Assembly: GCF_036365525.1 (NCBI RefSeq)
Contig: NC_090404.1
Coordinates: forward strand, 3,658,001-3,722,000
From: Heterodontus francisci
Lineage: Eukaryota
Length of the DNA: 64,000 nt
Reading direction: 5' to 3'
Every line of letters begins with the position of its first letter. The first letter of the stretch is position 1. The notes below the pieces were generated by a model that was given only the letters and a program-made list of their open reading frames with translations, was not told the origin of the DNA and searched no databases. A program made the translations under genes and the position numbers. Below, piece by piece: positions 23,162 to 37,000 of the stretch.

Positions 23162-25790
23162 TAGAACATAGAACATAGAACATAGAAAATACAGCACAGA
23201 ACAGGCCCTTCGGCCCACGATGTTGTGCCGATCCTTTGTCCTCTGTCAAGGACAATTTAATCTATACCCCATCATTCTCCTTTATCCATATACCTATCTA
23301 AAAGCCGTTTGAAAGTCCCTAAAGTTTCTGACTCAACAACTTCCCCAGGCAAGGCATTCCATGCCCCGACCACTCTCTGGGTAAAGAACCTTCCCCTGAC
23401 ATCCCCCTTATATCTCCCACCCTTCACCTTAAATTTATGACCCCTTGTAACGCTTTGCTCCACCCGGGGAAAAAGTTTCTGACTGTCTACCCTATCTATT
23501 CCCCTGATCATCTTATAAACCTCTATCATGTCACCCCTCATCCTTCTCCGTTCTAATGAGAAGAGGCCTAGAATGTTCAGCCTTTCCTCGTAAGACTTAT
23601 TCTCCATTCCAGGCAACATCCTGGTAAATCTCCTCTGCACCCTCTCCAAGGCTTCCACATCCTTCCTAAAATGAGGCGACCAGAACTGCACACAGTACTC
23701 CAAATGAGGCCTTACCAAGGTCCTGTACAGCTGCATCATCACCTCACGGCTCTTAAATTCAATCCCTCTGCTAATGAACGCTAACACCCCATATGCCTTC
23801 TTCACAGCCCTATCCACTTGAGTTGCAACTTTCAACGATCTATGCACATAGACCCCAAGGTCTCTCTGCTCCTCCACATGCCCAAGAACTCTACCATTAA
23901 CCCAGTATTTTGCATTCGTGTTTGTCCTTCCAAAATGGACGACCTCACACTTTTCAGGGTTAAACTCCATCTGTCACTTTTCAGCCCAGCACTGCAACCT
24001 ATCCAAGTCCCTTTGCAGACGACAATAGCCCTCCTCGGTATCCACAACTCCACCAACCTTTGTATCATCTGCAAATTTACTGACCCACCCTTCGACTTCC
24101 TCATCCAAGTCGTTAATAAAAATCACAAACAGGAGAGGACCCAGAACTGATCCCTGTGGCACGCCACTGGTAACTGGGCTCCAGGCTGAGTATTTACCAT
24201 CTAAGACCACTCTCTGCCTTCTATCAGTTAGCCAATTCTTAATCCAACTGGCCACATTCCCCACTATCCCATGCCTCCTGACTTTCTCCATAAGTCTACC
24301 ATGGGGGACCTTATCAAATGCCTTACTAAAATCCATGTACACCACATCCACTGGTTTACCCTCATCCACTTGCTTGGTCACCTGCTCAAAGAATTCAATC
24401 AGGCTTGTGAGGCAAGACCTACCCCTCACAAAACCGTGCTGACTGTCCCGAATCAAGCAGTGTCTTTCCAGATGCTCAGAAATCCTATCCCTCAGCACCT
24501 TTTCCATCAACTTGCCTACCACCGAAGTAAGACTAACTGGCCTGTAATTCCCAGGGTTGTTCCTATTCCCTTTCTTGAACAGGGGCACAACATTTGCCAC
24601 CCTCCAATCACCTGGTACCACCCCCGTCAACAGAGAAGATGAAAAGATCATTGCCAGCGGCTCTGCAATTTCATCCCTTGCTTCCCATAACATCCTTGGA
24701 TATACCCCGTCAGGCCCGGGAGACTTGTCTATCTTCAAGTTATTCAAAAACCCCAACACATCTTCCCTCCTAACGAGCACTTCCTCGAGCTTACCAGTCT
24801 GTTTCACACCGTCCTCTTCAGTAATACACCCCTTCTCATTCGTAAATACCGAAGAGAAGTACTCATTCAAAACCTCACTTATCTCTTCCGGCTCAACACA
24901 CAGTCTCCCGCTATTGTCCTTGACCGGACCTACGGTCCCCCTAGTCATCCTCATATTTCTGACATACGCGTAAAAGGCCTTGGGGTTTTCTTTTATCCTA
25001 CCCGCCAAGCATTTTTCATGCCCTCTCTTAGCTCTCCTAATCCCTTTCTTCAGATCCTTCCTGGCCATCTTGTATCCCTCCAGAGCTATGCCTGTGCCCT
25101 TTTTCCTCAACCTTATATACGCATCCTTCTTCTTCCTAACAAGACTCTCAACCTCTCTTGTCAACCACGGTTCCCTCACATGACCATCCCTTCCCTGTCT
25201 GACAGGGACATGCTTATCAATGGCCCCTACTATCTGCTCCTTGAAAAAGTTCCACATTTCGACCGTGCCCTTCCCTGCCAGCATATGCTCCCAACTTATG
25301 CTCCTCAGTTCCTGCCTGACAGCATCATATCTACCCTTCCCCCAATTGTAAACCTTGCCCTGTTGCACATACCTATCCCTCTCCATTACCACAGTGAATG
25401 CTACAGAATTGTGATCACTATCTCCAAAGTGCTCGCCCACCAACAGCTCTATCACTTGCCCTGGTTCATTACCTAGTACCAAATCCAATATTGCCTCCCC
25501 TCTGGTCGGGCAGTCTACATACTGAGTCAGAAAAGCTTCCTGGACATACTGCACAAACACTACCCCATCCAAACTATTCGATCTAAAGAGTTGCCAATCA
25601 ATATTTGGGAAGTTGAAATCCCCCATAATTACTACCCTGTGACTTCTGCTCCTTTCCAAAATCTGTTTCCCAATCTGCTCTTCCACCTCCCTGCTGCTAT
25701 TGGGGGGCCGATAGAAAACTCCCATCAAGGTGACTGCTCCTTTCCTGTTCCTGACCTCAACCCACAGTGCCTCAGTCGGCAGATCCTCCT
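23162..25790 (-). mobile_element. Young 5'-truncated CR1 LINE (ORF2: endonuclease end, RT, C-terminus), nested in an older CR1
   Basis: 584-aa and 232-aa ORFs in one frame, split by a single [27 protein letters not shown] and FADD motifs; (TTCTATG)n tail. Older CR1 continues on both sides (~22575-23160 and ~25795-26460). Confidence 0.95.
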
Positions 25791-26469
25791 CAATGTGTGC
25801 TCAATGGCTCTATTTATTACACCCAAGATTCAGTATGTCTTTTTTCACTGCATTCTCAACCTGTTCTGCCACCTTCAACAATTTGTCACCTGATCCTTCT
25901 GTTCCTGCACCCCCTTAGAATTGCACTCTCTAATTTATATTGCCTCTCCTTATCCTTCCTACCAAAAATATATCGCTTCACACTTCTCTTGTTAAATTTA
26001 ATCTGCCACATCTTCGTCTATTCCACTGTCCTGTCTATGTTCTCTTGAACTTTATGACTGCCCTTCTCAGAGTTCGCAATCGTTCCAAGTTTTGCGTTAG
26101 ATGAAAATTTGGAAATTGTGCCAGGTTATTAATATGGATCAAGAAATGAAGTGGTCGTAATACCGACCAATGGGGAACCCCACTCCATAGCTTCCTCCAG
26201 GCTGTGAAACAACCGTTCATCTCCTTACTCCTGTCACCCAGCTAACTTCGTATCCATGCTGTCATGGCTTGAACTTGGCTGGCGAGCCTATTATGTAGCA
26301 TTTTATCAAACGTATTTTGGAAGTTCATATGCACCACAAAAATCGCATTATCCACATCAACCCTCTGTTACCTCACCAAAAATACTATATCAAGTTAGTT
26401 CAACACGATTTGTCTTCAACAAATCCGTGATCACTTTCCTTAATTAATCCCCACTTGTCCACTTGTCTG

Positions 26470-27850
26470 TTAATTTTGTCCCCGATTATATGTAGCAACC
26501 ACTTAAGGAGAAATTGCATAACTCTCAACAAATATATATCCATTGAGAATGAAAAAACTCTACGAAAGGATGAACCATCTGTCGCTAACGAAGGAAGTTA
26601 AGAATGGCATCAAATTGAAAGAAAAGCCATACAATGGTGCGAAGATTAGTGGGAGGTCAGAAGTTTGGGAAAGTTTTCGAAACTAGATGACTGAAAAGAA
26701 ATAAAGAGGAAGAAATTACTATATCAGAGTAAACGAGCAAGAAATCGAAAAACAAAGTAAGAGCTTCTTCAAGTAACTAAAATGGAAGTAAAGTAAACCT
26801 TGATCCCTGAGAGGATGAGATTGGGGAATCAATAATAGGAAACAAGGAAATGGCAGAGACTTTGAACAATCATTTTGTATCTGCCTTTGTTGGAGAACAC
26901 ACTATAACAAGTCCCAGGAATAGTAGAAGATCAAAGGGCAAAGGGGAGGGATAAACTTGAAACTCACTATCACGAGAGAAAAATTACTGGGAAAACTAAT
27001 GGGACTGAAGGATGTCAAGTTCCCTGGACCTGTTGGCCTGCATCCTAGGGTCTTAAAAGAAGTGGCTGCAGAAATAGTGGATGCATTGGCTATAATATTC
27101 CAAAATATCTCGAGTCGGGCAAGGTCCAAATGGTTTAGAAAAAATGCAAATGTAGCAACACCACCCCCCCCCCTCCCCCGCCCCCGCTCCACCTGTTCAA
27201 GAAAGGAAGGAGTCAGAAAGCAGGAAACTATAGGCTAGTTAGCCTAACGTCTGTCATTGGGAAAATACTGAAATCCATTATTAAGGAAGTAATAGTAGGA
27301 TATTTAGAAAACTCATAATACAATCAAGCAGAATTACCATGATTTCATGAAGGAAAGTTCAATGGGGAAGTGAAAAAAGAAATAAGAGCAGCAAAGAGAG
27401 AGTATGAGAAGAGACTGGCAGACAACATAAAAGGGAATCCAGAAAACTTCCATAGGCATTTCATTGATAAAAAGGGTGGAAAAAGGAAGAGTGGAGCCAA
27501 TTAGAGGCCTAAAAGGTGAAAGTTGGCTGTGATGTGAAAAAAAGAATAGTGGCGAATGGTCGTTTTTAGGACTAAAGGAAGGTAGATAGTGGGGTTAGGG
27601 CCATTGTTTTTCTTGATCTATATTAATAACAAGAATTTGAATGTGCAGGGTACAATTTTAAAATTTGTGGATGACGCAAAACCTGGAAGAATTTTGAACT
27701 GTGAGGGTGATAGGGATAAACTTCAAGAGAACATAGACAGGTTGGTGGAATAGGCATACATGTGGCAGATGAAATTCAATGCAGTGAAGTGTGAAGTGAT
27801 ACATTTTGGTAAGAAGAACGAGGAGAGCCATTTAAAGTAGAGGATATTGT
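26470..27850 (+). mobile_element. Degraded CR1 ORF2 fragments
   Basis: KFPGPVGLHPRVLKE and GNYRLVSLTSV remnants. Confidence 0.7.
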
Positions 27851-30800
27851 TCTAAAGGAAGTGCAGGAGCAGAGGGGCCTGGGGGTATATGTGCACAAAT
27901 AATTGAAGGGGGCCGCACCGTTGGGCAGTGGTTAGCACCGCAGCCTCACAGCTCCAGCGACCCGGGTTCAATTCCGGGTACGGCCTACGTGGAGTTTGCA
28001 AGTTCTCCCTGTGCCTGTGTGGGTTTCCTCCGGGTGCTCCAGTTTCCTCCCACATGCCAAAGACTTGCAGTTTGATAGGTAAATTGGCCATTATAAATTG
28101 CCCCTAGTATAGGTAGGTGGTAGGGAAATGTAGGGACAGGTGGGGATGTGGTAGGAATATGGAATTAGTGTAGGATTAGTATAAATGGGTGGTTGATGGT
28201 CGGCACAGACTCGGTGGTCCTAAGGGCCTGTTTCAGTGCAGTATCTCTAAACTAAACTAAAACTAAACTAAGGTTGAAGAGCAGGTTGAGAAAGCGGTTC
28301 ATAATGCATACTGGATCCTGGGTTTTATAAGTAGAGGCATAGAGTGCAAAAGCAAGGAAGTTATGCTGCACCTCTATAAAACAGTGGTTCGGCCTTAACT
28401 GGAGTGTTATGTCCAATTCTGAGCACCCCACTTTATGAAGGATGTGAAAGCATTGGAAAATGTGCAGACAAGAATTGTAAGAATGGTTTCAGGGATGAGG
28501 GAGTTCTGTTGTGAGGACAGATCAGAGAAGCTGGCGCCATTCTCCTTATAGAAGTGAAGTTTGAGAAGAGATTCGATAGAGTCGTTCAAAATCACGAGGA
28601 GTCTTGACAGACGACAAACTGTTCCCATTGGCAGAAAGATCGAGAACCAGAACACACTGATTTAAGGTGATTGGCAAAAGAACCATAAGCAACCAAAGGG
28701 AAAACTTTTTTTTATGTAACCAGTTATTAGGATATGGAATGCACTAACTGAGTGTGTGCTGCAGACAGATTCAAACATGGCTTTCAAAGGGGTATTGGAT
28801 AATTATCGAAAGAGAAAAAAAATGGCAGGGCCACGGAGAAAAGGCGGGGGAATGGGACGAGGTGAGTTGCTCCTGCAGAGACCCAGGACGGACATGTGGA
28901 CCGAATGAGGCCTCTTTGGGGTGTAACCATTCTATGATATGCCAATGAGATCCAAATTCGGACCAATCTCTTTGTCGAGAAGATGCTCCCTTTTTTATTG
29001 TGTTAATATTAAGTTAATAATTTTCGACCATTGTGAATACTTTGTGTGCCCAGTGCAACTGCATGTGACAGACAGGCAGGTGTAGATACCGAACGGGCCT
29101 TTGCCTTGTTAGGCTCACTCTCGTGGCACTTCATTCACACTGCCCGGATCTGACTGGCAGATCCTGCTCAGAAAGGAGATCGGTGGCCCCCTCCAATGCT
29201 CACACGGACAGGCAGAGCTCTCTCCGTCGCAGTTAACATCCAGAGCGGATGTTAGACTCTGAACAATTTGCGTTTTTTTAAAACTAACTGAGGATCAGAG
29301 GTTTTTTTTAATTCATTTCTTGGGATGTCGGTGTCTCTGGCAAGGCCAGCATTTGTTTCCCATCCTTAATTGCCCGAGTGAAGGTAGTGCTGAGCTGCTT
29401 TCTTGAACCGCTTCAGCCCATCTGGTGTGGAAACAGCAAAAGTGCTGTTAGGGAGGGAGTGCCAGGATTTTGACCCTACAGCACTGAAGGATCTGCGATA
29501 TAGTTCCAAGTCAGGATGGTGTGTGGCTTGGAGGGGCATTTGCAGGTCGTGGTGTTCCCATCCATGTGCTACCTTTGTCCTTCTAGGTGGTAGAGGTCGC
29601 GGGTTTGGAAGGTACTGTCGAAGGAGCATTGGTGAGTTGCTGCAGTGCATCTTGTTGATGGAACACACTGCTGCCACTGTTTTTCGGTGGTGGATGGAGT
29701 GAATAGTTAAGGTGGTGGATGGGGTATTGATCAAGCGGGCTGCTTTCTCCCGGTTGGTTTTGAGCTTCCTGGGTGTTGTCGGAGCCGCACCCATCGAGGC
29801 AAGTGGGGAGTATTCGATCACACTCCAGAATTGTGTCTTGCGGAGAGGCTTCAGAAGTCGGTGGCGGGCGGCGGGTGGGGGGTGGGTGTGGGGGGGGGGG
29901 GGGAGGGGGCGGGGGGATTAATCGCGACAAAATCCCCATCCTCTGACTTGCTCTTGTAGCGACAGTGTTTATGTGACTGTTCCAGTTCAGTTTCTGGTCA
30001 ATGGTAACCCCCAGGATGTTGATAGTGGGGAATTCAGCGAGGGTAATGCCGTTGAACGTGAAGAGGAGTAGGTTAGATTCTCACGAATTGGAGATCGTCA
30101 TTGCCTGGCACTTGTATGACACAAATGTTACTTGTCACTTATCAGCCCAAGTATGAATGTTCTCCAGGTCTTGCTGCACATGGACAGAGATTGCTTCAGT
30201 ATCTGAGGAATGGCGAATGGTACTGAACATCAGACAAACATCGGCGAACATCCCCACTTCTGCCCTTATGATTGAAGGAAGGTCATTGATGAAGCAGCTG
30301 AAGCTGGTTGGGCCTGGGACATTACCTTGAGGAACTCCTGCAGCCTTGTCCTGAGGCTGAGATGATTGGCCTCCAACAAACACTACCATCTTCCTTTCTG
30401 CTAAATATGAATCCATCCAGTGGAGAGTTTTCCCCCTGATTCCCACTGACTTGATGATGGCTAGGGCTTCTTGATAACAACGTGGCCATGTGCTGCCTTA
30501 CTATCAAAGGCAATCACTCTCACTTCATCTCATGGGGTTCAGCTCTTTTGTCCATGTTTGGACGAAGGCTGCAATGAGTTGAGGAGCTGATTGGCACTGG
30601 TGGAACACAAATTGAGCATTGATGAGCAGGTTATTGCTGAGTAAGTGCTGCTTGATAGCACTGCCGAGGACACTTTCCATCACTTTGCTGAGTTGACTGA
30701 TGGGGCTGTACTTGGCTGCATAGGATTTGTCCAGCTTCTTGTAGACGGGAGATACGTGAAGAATTTTCCACATTGTCGCGTAAATGGCAGTATTGTAGCT

Positions 30801-32684
30801 GTACTGGAACAACGAGGCTAGGTGCGTGGCTTTTTGGATGTTAGTTGGATCCGCGACGTTCCCGTTAAGCCAGTTATCGTTCCAATGTGGTCAAACGACC
30901 AGACTTTCTGCTCTGTGGGCCTCTCACACCTCCCCTCTCTGGCATCACACATGGAGCCAAGTCCCGGATCATATTGTAGTTTCGAACGTAAATCTACACT
31001 GGATTTTCTTTTCATGAAAAAACAGTTATGTCTTATTTTGAAGGGGATTGCCAGTCTACAGTCAATTCGATTCACTCCACGTGCTTTTAAGAAACGACTG
31101 AAAGCACTGGATACTGCAAAGGCTATGGGCCCTGACAACATTCCGGCAATAGTACTGAAGTCCTGTGCACCAGAACACGCCGCGCCCAGAGCCAAGCTAT
31201 TCCAGTACAGCTAAAACAGTGGCATATACCCGACAATGTGGAAAATTGCCCAGGTATGTCCTGTACACAAAAAGCATGTCAAGTCAAACCCGGCCAATTA
31301 CTGCCACATCAATCCACTATCGATCATCAGTAAAGTGATGGAAGGTGACGTTGATAGTGCGATCAAGCAGCGCTTGCTTAGCAATTACCTGCTCAGTGAC
31401 GCTCAGTTTGGGTTCCACCCGGGCCACTCAGCTCCTGACCTCATTGCAGCCTTGGTTCAAACATGGATGAAAGAGCTAACCACCAGATGTGAGGTGAGCG
31501 TGACTGCCCTTAACATCAAGGCAGCATTTGACCGAGCATGGTATCAAGGAGCTTGAGCAAAACTTGGGTCAATGGGAATCAGGGGCAAACTTTCCACTGG
31601 TTGGAGTCATATCTATTGCAAAGGAAGATGGTCATGGTTGTTGGAGGTCAATCGTCTCAGTATCAGTATATCATTGTCGGAGTTCCTCAGGGTTGTGATC
31701 TAGGCCCAACTATCTTCAGTTGCTTCAGCAATGACCTTCCTTCAATCATAAGGTAAGATGTGGGGATGTTCGCTGATGATTGCACAATGTTCAGCCCCAT
31801 TCGTAACTCCTCAGATATTGAAGCAGTCCGTGTAGAAATGCAGCAAGGCCTGGACAGCATTCAGGCTTGGGCTGATAAGTGACAAGTAACATTTGTGCCA
31901 CACAAGTGCTAGGCAATGACTATCACCAATAAGAGAGAATCCAACTATCTCCCCTTGACATTCAATGTGATTACAATCGCTGAATCCTCCACTAGCAACA
32001 TCCTAGGTTTACCATTGTCCAGAGACTGAACTGGAGTAGCCATATAAATACCGTGGCTACAACAGCAGGTCAGAGGCTAGGATTCCTGCCGCAGGTAACT
32101 CACCTCCTATCTCCCCAAAGCCTGTCCACCGTCTACAAGGCACAAGTCAGGGGTGTGATGGAATACTCTCTCTTTGCCTGGATGAGTGAAGCTCCAACAA
32201 CACTTAAGAAACTCGACACCATCCAGGATAAAGCAGCCTGCTTGATTGGCACCCAATTCACAAACATTCATTCCTTCCCCCACCGACGCATCTACAAGAT
32301 GTACTGCAGCAATACACCAAGGCTCTTTCGACAGCACTTTCCAAACCCGCGACCTCTACCACCTAGAAGGACAAGGGCAGCAGATGCATGGGAACACCAC
32401 CACCTGCAGGTTCCCCTCGAAGCCACACACCATCCTAACTTGAAATTATATCGCCGTTCCTTCCCTGTCGCTGGATCAAAATGCTGAAACTTCCTGTACC
32501 CACACCCCAAGGACTGCAGCGGTTCAAGAAGGCAGCTCACGGGCAAATCGGGGTAGGCAATAAATGCTGACGCTCACATTCCATGAACGAATAAAGCATT
32601 GAGGTAGCACTGATCACAATAATTAACTGATGGTGAACATTAACCGGGACAATCTGTAGCACAGCAGGATTAGGAGTCACTTAC

Positions 32685-32747
32685 CGGCTGTCACGGTCAC
32701 CACCGTCCCGGATCCATCCGCATAAGCAGTGTACCACTTTTTATCCA
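32685..32747 (-). CDS. NTCRJ: NAR-TCR J segment, cassette 2 (DKKWYTAYADGSGTVVTVTA)
   Basis: 23-RSS at 32748-32786; GSGTVVTV motif; GTAAGT donor at 32684. Confidence 0.92.
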
Positions 32748-33132
32748 CACAGTGACACCGCTGTCAATCACCTCCGTACAAGAACGACCGACAGTTCAAT
32801 CTGCCGGCTGGACATCACCAGACAATCCGCGCTGCCCAATATTCCAGGGATTTCAGATCAGTAGACATTATTCCATGTTTCGTATTCCCCCGCTTCAAAC
32901 TGTTCTTTGTGAGACTCTGAGCTCTTCGTAAAATAGCCCAGAAACAGGGGCTGGAGTTGGCGCTTCATATAAACGAAGCAAATGTCAAATAAAGATAACA
33001 GAAGATATGAAATTACAATGACATTAACCAGATTACAGCGATAATAATAGCAACCCTGCAATTCAGGATTCTGGCACGGAGAATTTATATTTTAATTGTA
33101 TAGAGATATTTGCTCAGGTCTCCCCCACTGTG

Positions 33133-33148
33133 GTTTATCCCAGTTAAA
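33133..33148 (-). other. NTCRD: NAR-TCR D segment, cassette 2 (TTTAACTGGGATAAAC)
   Basis: Heptamers at 33126-33132 and 33149-33155; 12-class RSS on both sides, as in cassette 1. Confidence 0.85.
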
Positions 33149-33539
33149 CACTGTGCTTCAAATCAGCGTCAAATCCCCCGGTACTTGGTGAGATGTGAGA
33201 ACGTTAGTTAAACGGCGGGGGTAGCGGTCCCCGGTTCCAACTGTTAGAACAGGATCCCATCTGGTGTTAGGGATTTGTAAATGGGATCAATCATTCCCAA
33301 TCGCCATTCACTGACACAAATCCCGGGAAAGACATCACCGTCCGCACACACTCGGCATTTATAAAACTCAAGATGTTAACAGCAATAATCCAATCTCATT
33401 ATTAACTAGACTGTGAAGCAGTCGGTGCGAGGCGGAACTGTGGGGTTTAACAGCAGATTAACTCCACTTTTTCATTTATTTCTGCGATAAACTGCAGTGA
33501 GAGTTTTTGTATCGCGGGAAGCCGAGGCCCATCACTGTG

Positions 33540-33827
33540 TGTCGTACCGGTACTCAGCTTTACAGTAATAGGTGGCGGTGTCTTCAACTCTCACATCCCG
33601 AATTTCCAATGAAAATGTCTTTTCTGCCGTATTCGTCTTCATCAAAAATCGCCCTCCGCTCGAGATCTTCTCCCGTTCTGTCCCGGTCTGGGTTTGTCTG
33701 AAGAAATCCCCCCTCTTTAAAGGACGAGCGAAAAAACCACCATAGAAAACGCAGTTGATAGTGAGAGACTGACACTCCTTCTTGTTCTCCGATGCCGGGG
33801 TCTGTACCACTGACTGACTGAAAGAAA
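33540..33827 (-). CDS. NTCRV: NAR-TCR variable exon, cassette 2
   Basis: 288-nt open exon, 4 substitutions versus V1 (by eye). RSS: CACAGTG 33539-33533, 22 nt, ACAAAAACT 33510-33502. Confidence 0.92.
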
Positions 33828-33977
33828 CTGGAAATTAAACAGACAGAAAGTTTAATGGGCCATCAGAGACGAACCACAGAACGGGGCAAAAACCCCAGAC
33901 AGTGTCTCTAACCAGGATGGACTCGGGCAGCTTTATATTAAATCCACACAATGTCGGTTTGTTTGATCGGTACTCAC

Positions 33978-34020
33978 GGGGTAAACAGACACACAGGGTG
34001 AAAACAAGGAGGATTCCCAT
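33978..34020 (-). CDS. NTCRV: Leader exon of NAR-TCR V, cassette 2 (MGILLVFTLCVCLP)
   Basis: Paralogue of 6271-6313; ATG at 34020; GTGAGT donor at 33977. Confidence 0.9.
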
Positions 34021-37000
34021 CGTTCTGCTGCCTGGAGCTGATGGTTTATATGACGGGGAGCTGGAGACTGCAGTCCTGGACTGCTCTGGGAGACTGGACC
34101 TCAGAGCTGGACTGAAATACTTTAGGAGCGGTCGAGTTCATTTGCAGAGGGCAGTGTCCCCGAGATCATTGATGGGCCGCACCGTTCCCGGGTCTCTGGA
34201 TCTGTGTTGTGTGAATAAGTGACTGGTTTAAAGAGGGAACCTGCAGTTTTCTGCTGCTTCATTGGGTCTGTGAGGCCGATGTGAAATCCCCTCCCACATT
34301 AGTCTGATGTACACGGGGTGGGGCTGGGGGAGTTGTTCTGTCAGGAGAGGCTGCCGCCCTCCTTTCCCCCACAGTAATGAGCTGGGAGGTCGGTCCATGT
34401 GTTATTCTTGGGTGGTGTTTGTTGAGGGTGGAAAGTGGGCCCAGGAGACCGGGAGAATCCCCCCCTCCTCGCTTATATTCCAATAGTGCCCCGGATTCTT
34501 TAACATCTCCCTGAACGGCTGGCGGGTCCTCAGTTAAATGTATGGTCGAAGGACGGCGCTTCACATAGAACCATAGAAAAATTACGGCACAGAACGAGGT
34601 CATTTAGCCCATCATATCTGCACCGGCTGAAAAACGAAATCGGTCGCCCTTCCAACAACTTGTCCGCTACCTTGCAGGTTCCAGCACTTCAGGTGTATAT
34701 CCAGGTACCTTTTTAAAGAATTGAGTGTTTCTGCCTCCGTTCTGACACCGTTCCTGGCAGTCAAATCCAGGCACCCACCAACCTCTGGGTGAAAAGGTTT
34801 TTCCTCATGTCCCCTCTAATCCTTCTATCTTAAATCTGTGCCCCCTGGTAACTGACCTCTCCGCTAGGGGAAACAGGTCCTTCCTGTTTACTCAATCTAG
34901 GACCCTCAGAATGTTTTACACCTCAATTAAGTCACGCCTCAGGATCGTCTGTTCTCAGGAGCACAACACTCGCCGATCCAGTCTTTTCTCGCAGCTGCAA
35001 CATTCAAGCCCGAGCAACATTCTTGTAAATCTGCACTGTACTCTCTCCAGAGCAATATGTCCTTCCTGTAATGTCTTGTGATGACCTTCCAGCAATTGAG
35101 GCTCAGGTTACAATCTGAGACAGTCCAGTGTCATTGTCAATATCCAAATAGATATACACATTTTACACAAAGAATCAACTTTCCCTGCCATTTAAACGCA
35201 TGCTCCCTGCAGCGCCACTCACACCGTCTGCCCTGTCAGAGCAAGGAATATTATCAATGTTAATATTGATTAATATTTCAATCCACACTTCAGGGAGGTT
35301 TTCAAGGCCTTGGAACGTTTGCAGAGGGCATTTAATAGAATTGGGCCAAGACTTCAATTCTGCAGAGATATTGGAAAAGTTGGGATCGTGCCCATAGAGC
35401 AGAGGAGTTTAAAGGGAGATTTAATAGTGCTGATGAAGGGTTTTGAAAGTGTTGATAGCGAGATATTATTTCCACTGGCAGGAGTGTCGGCAACCAGAGG
35501 ACACAGATTTCAGATAGTTGGTAAAGGAAGAAGAGAGATGAGCAGCTTTTCTTTCTAATGCACCGAGTTGTTATGAGCAGGCATGAAGCTCCTGGCAGGG
35601 CGGTGGAAGCAGATTTCAAATGGAAATTGAATAATTGCTTGAAAGGGAAAGATTTTCAGAACTTTGGGGAATGACCCGGAGGGTGGATCTGATTGGATAG
35701 TTCTTTCAAAGGGACGTCACGATGGGCCGAATAACATCCTTCTGTGTTGACAGATTTCAGAATTCAATGAATTTCCATTGCATCAATCAACAGTTTTATA
35801 ATTGTGCTCCTGAAGTTGGTATTTGTGATATGAGTATATGAAAGTTTAACTGCAACGACATTAACCGTTAGAATAAACCTGTAGATATAAAATGTCACCT
35901 TAGTTCATTCAGCATTTTAATAGCAATTTGGCTAAAGCAACTAGATTCTGATTTCAGAATCAGTAGATTGTGGATTCAACCTCAATTTCAGTACCTTAGC
36001 ATTTTAACCAGGCTAAAATTGGTGCAGTGCTGAAAACGCACTATCTTTCAGGGGACAATCTGAAGCAATAATCTCTCCCCTTCTATCTACGCCGATCAAG
36101 CAGAGGAGTGGGACTGACCGAATATTTCCATGGGAAGTCAGCATGGATCTGATAGGCTGAATGGCCTCCTTCTGTGCCTTAAATGACTCTCTGATTCTAT
36201 GACTCTATGTCTGTTGAGGAGGACATTAAAACTCCCATTGTTCCATATTGTGCCCTGGTCAACATTTTTTCCTTTAACTGAGATCAACACAAATATATTC
36301 ACAGGAATTGAGTCAGTATGCTCGATTGCTGATATTTATGCGCAATAATCGGCCACGTTCATCTGAAGTTAGTTGCACTTCATATACTTTGGTTCCTCCC
36401 GCAAAGGTGATGAGCTAATACATCAATGCAAATGCATTACTGTACTTGGTCTCACCTTTATCTGTCTGCATCTATTGATGTCTCTCTGTCTCACTGTATT
36501 CAGTCTCACCTTTATCTATCTCCCTCTGTTGGTGTCTCTCTGTATCACACATTGTGTTCAGTCTCACCTTTATCTCTCTCCATCTGTTTCTGTCTCTCTG
36601 CATCACACATTGCATTCAATCTCACCTTTATCTATCTCCCTCTGTTGGTGTCTCTCTGTATCACACATTTTACTCAGTCTCACCTTTATCTATGTTCCTT
36701 ATCTGGAAGATCTCTCAAAGTTTACAGACTAGCACAGGATCTATGGAGGAGGGTCTCACTCAGCTACAACACTCCATTGGTCAAATCTTCTACCGTTGAA
36801 AGCAAACAGGCACTGAGATGATGCCCCGTGGGTGGGTGTGGGTGGGCGAGAGGGTGGGGGGCACATTCATCCTTCTGCACAGGGAAATTGCTCAGGTATT
36901 CAATCAGAGATAGGACTGGCCCACTGAAGAGAGCCTCATTCACCTCCTCATGCAAAAATCTCAGATCGCTAATTATTGGGATCAGGTAGGCACTGAGTTG

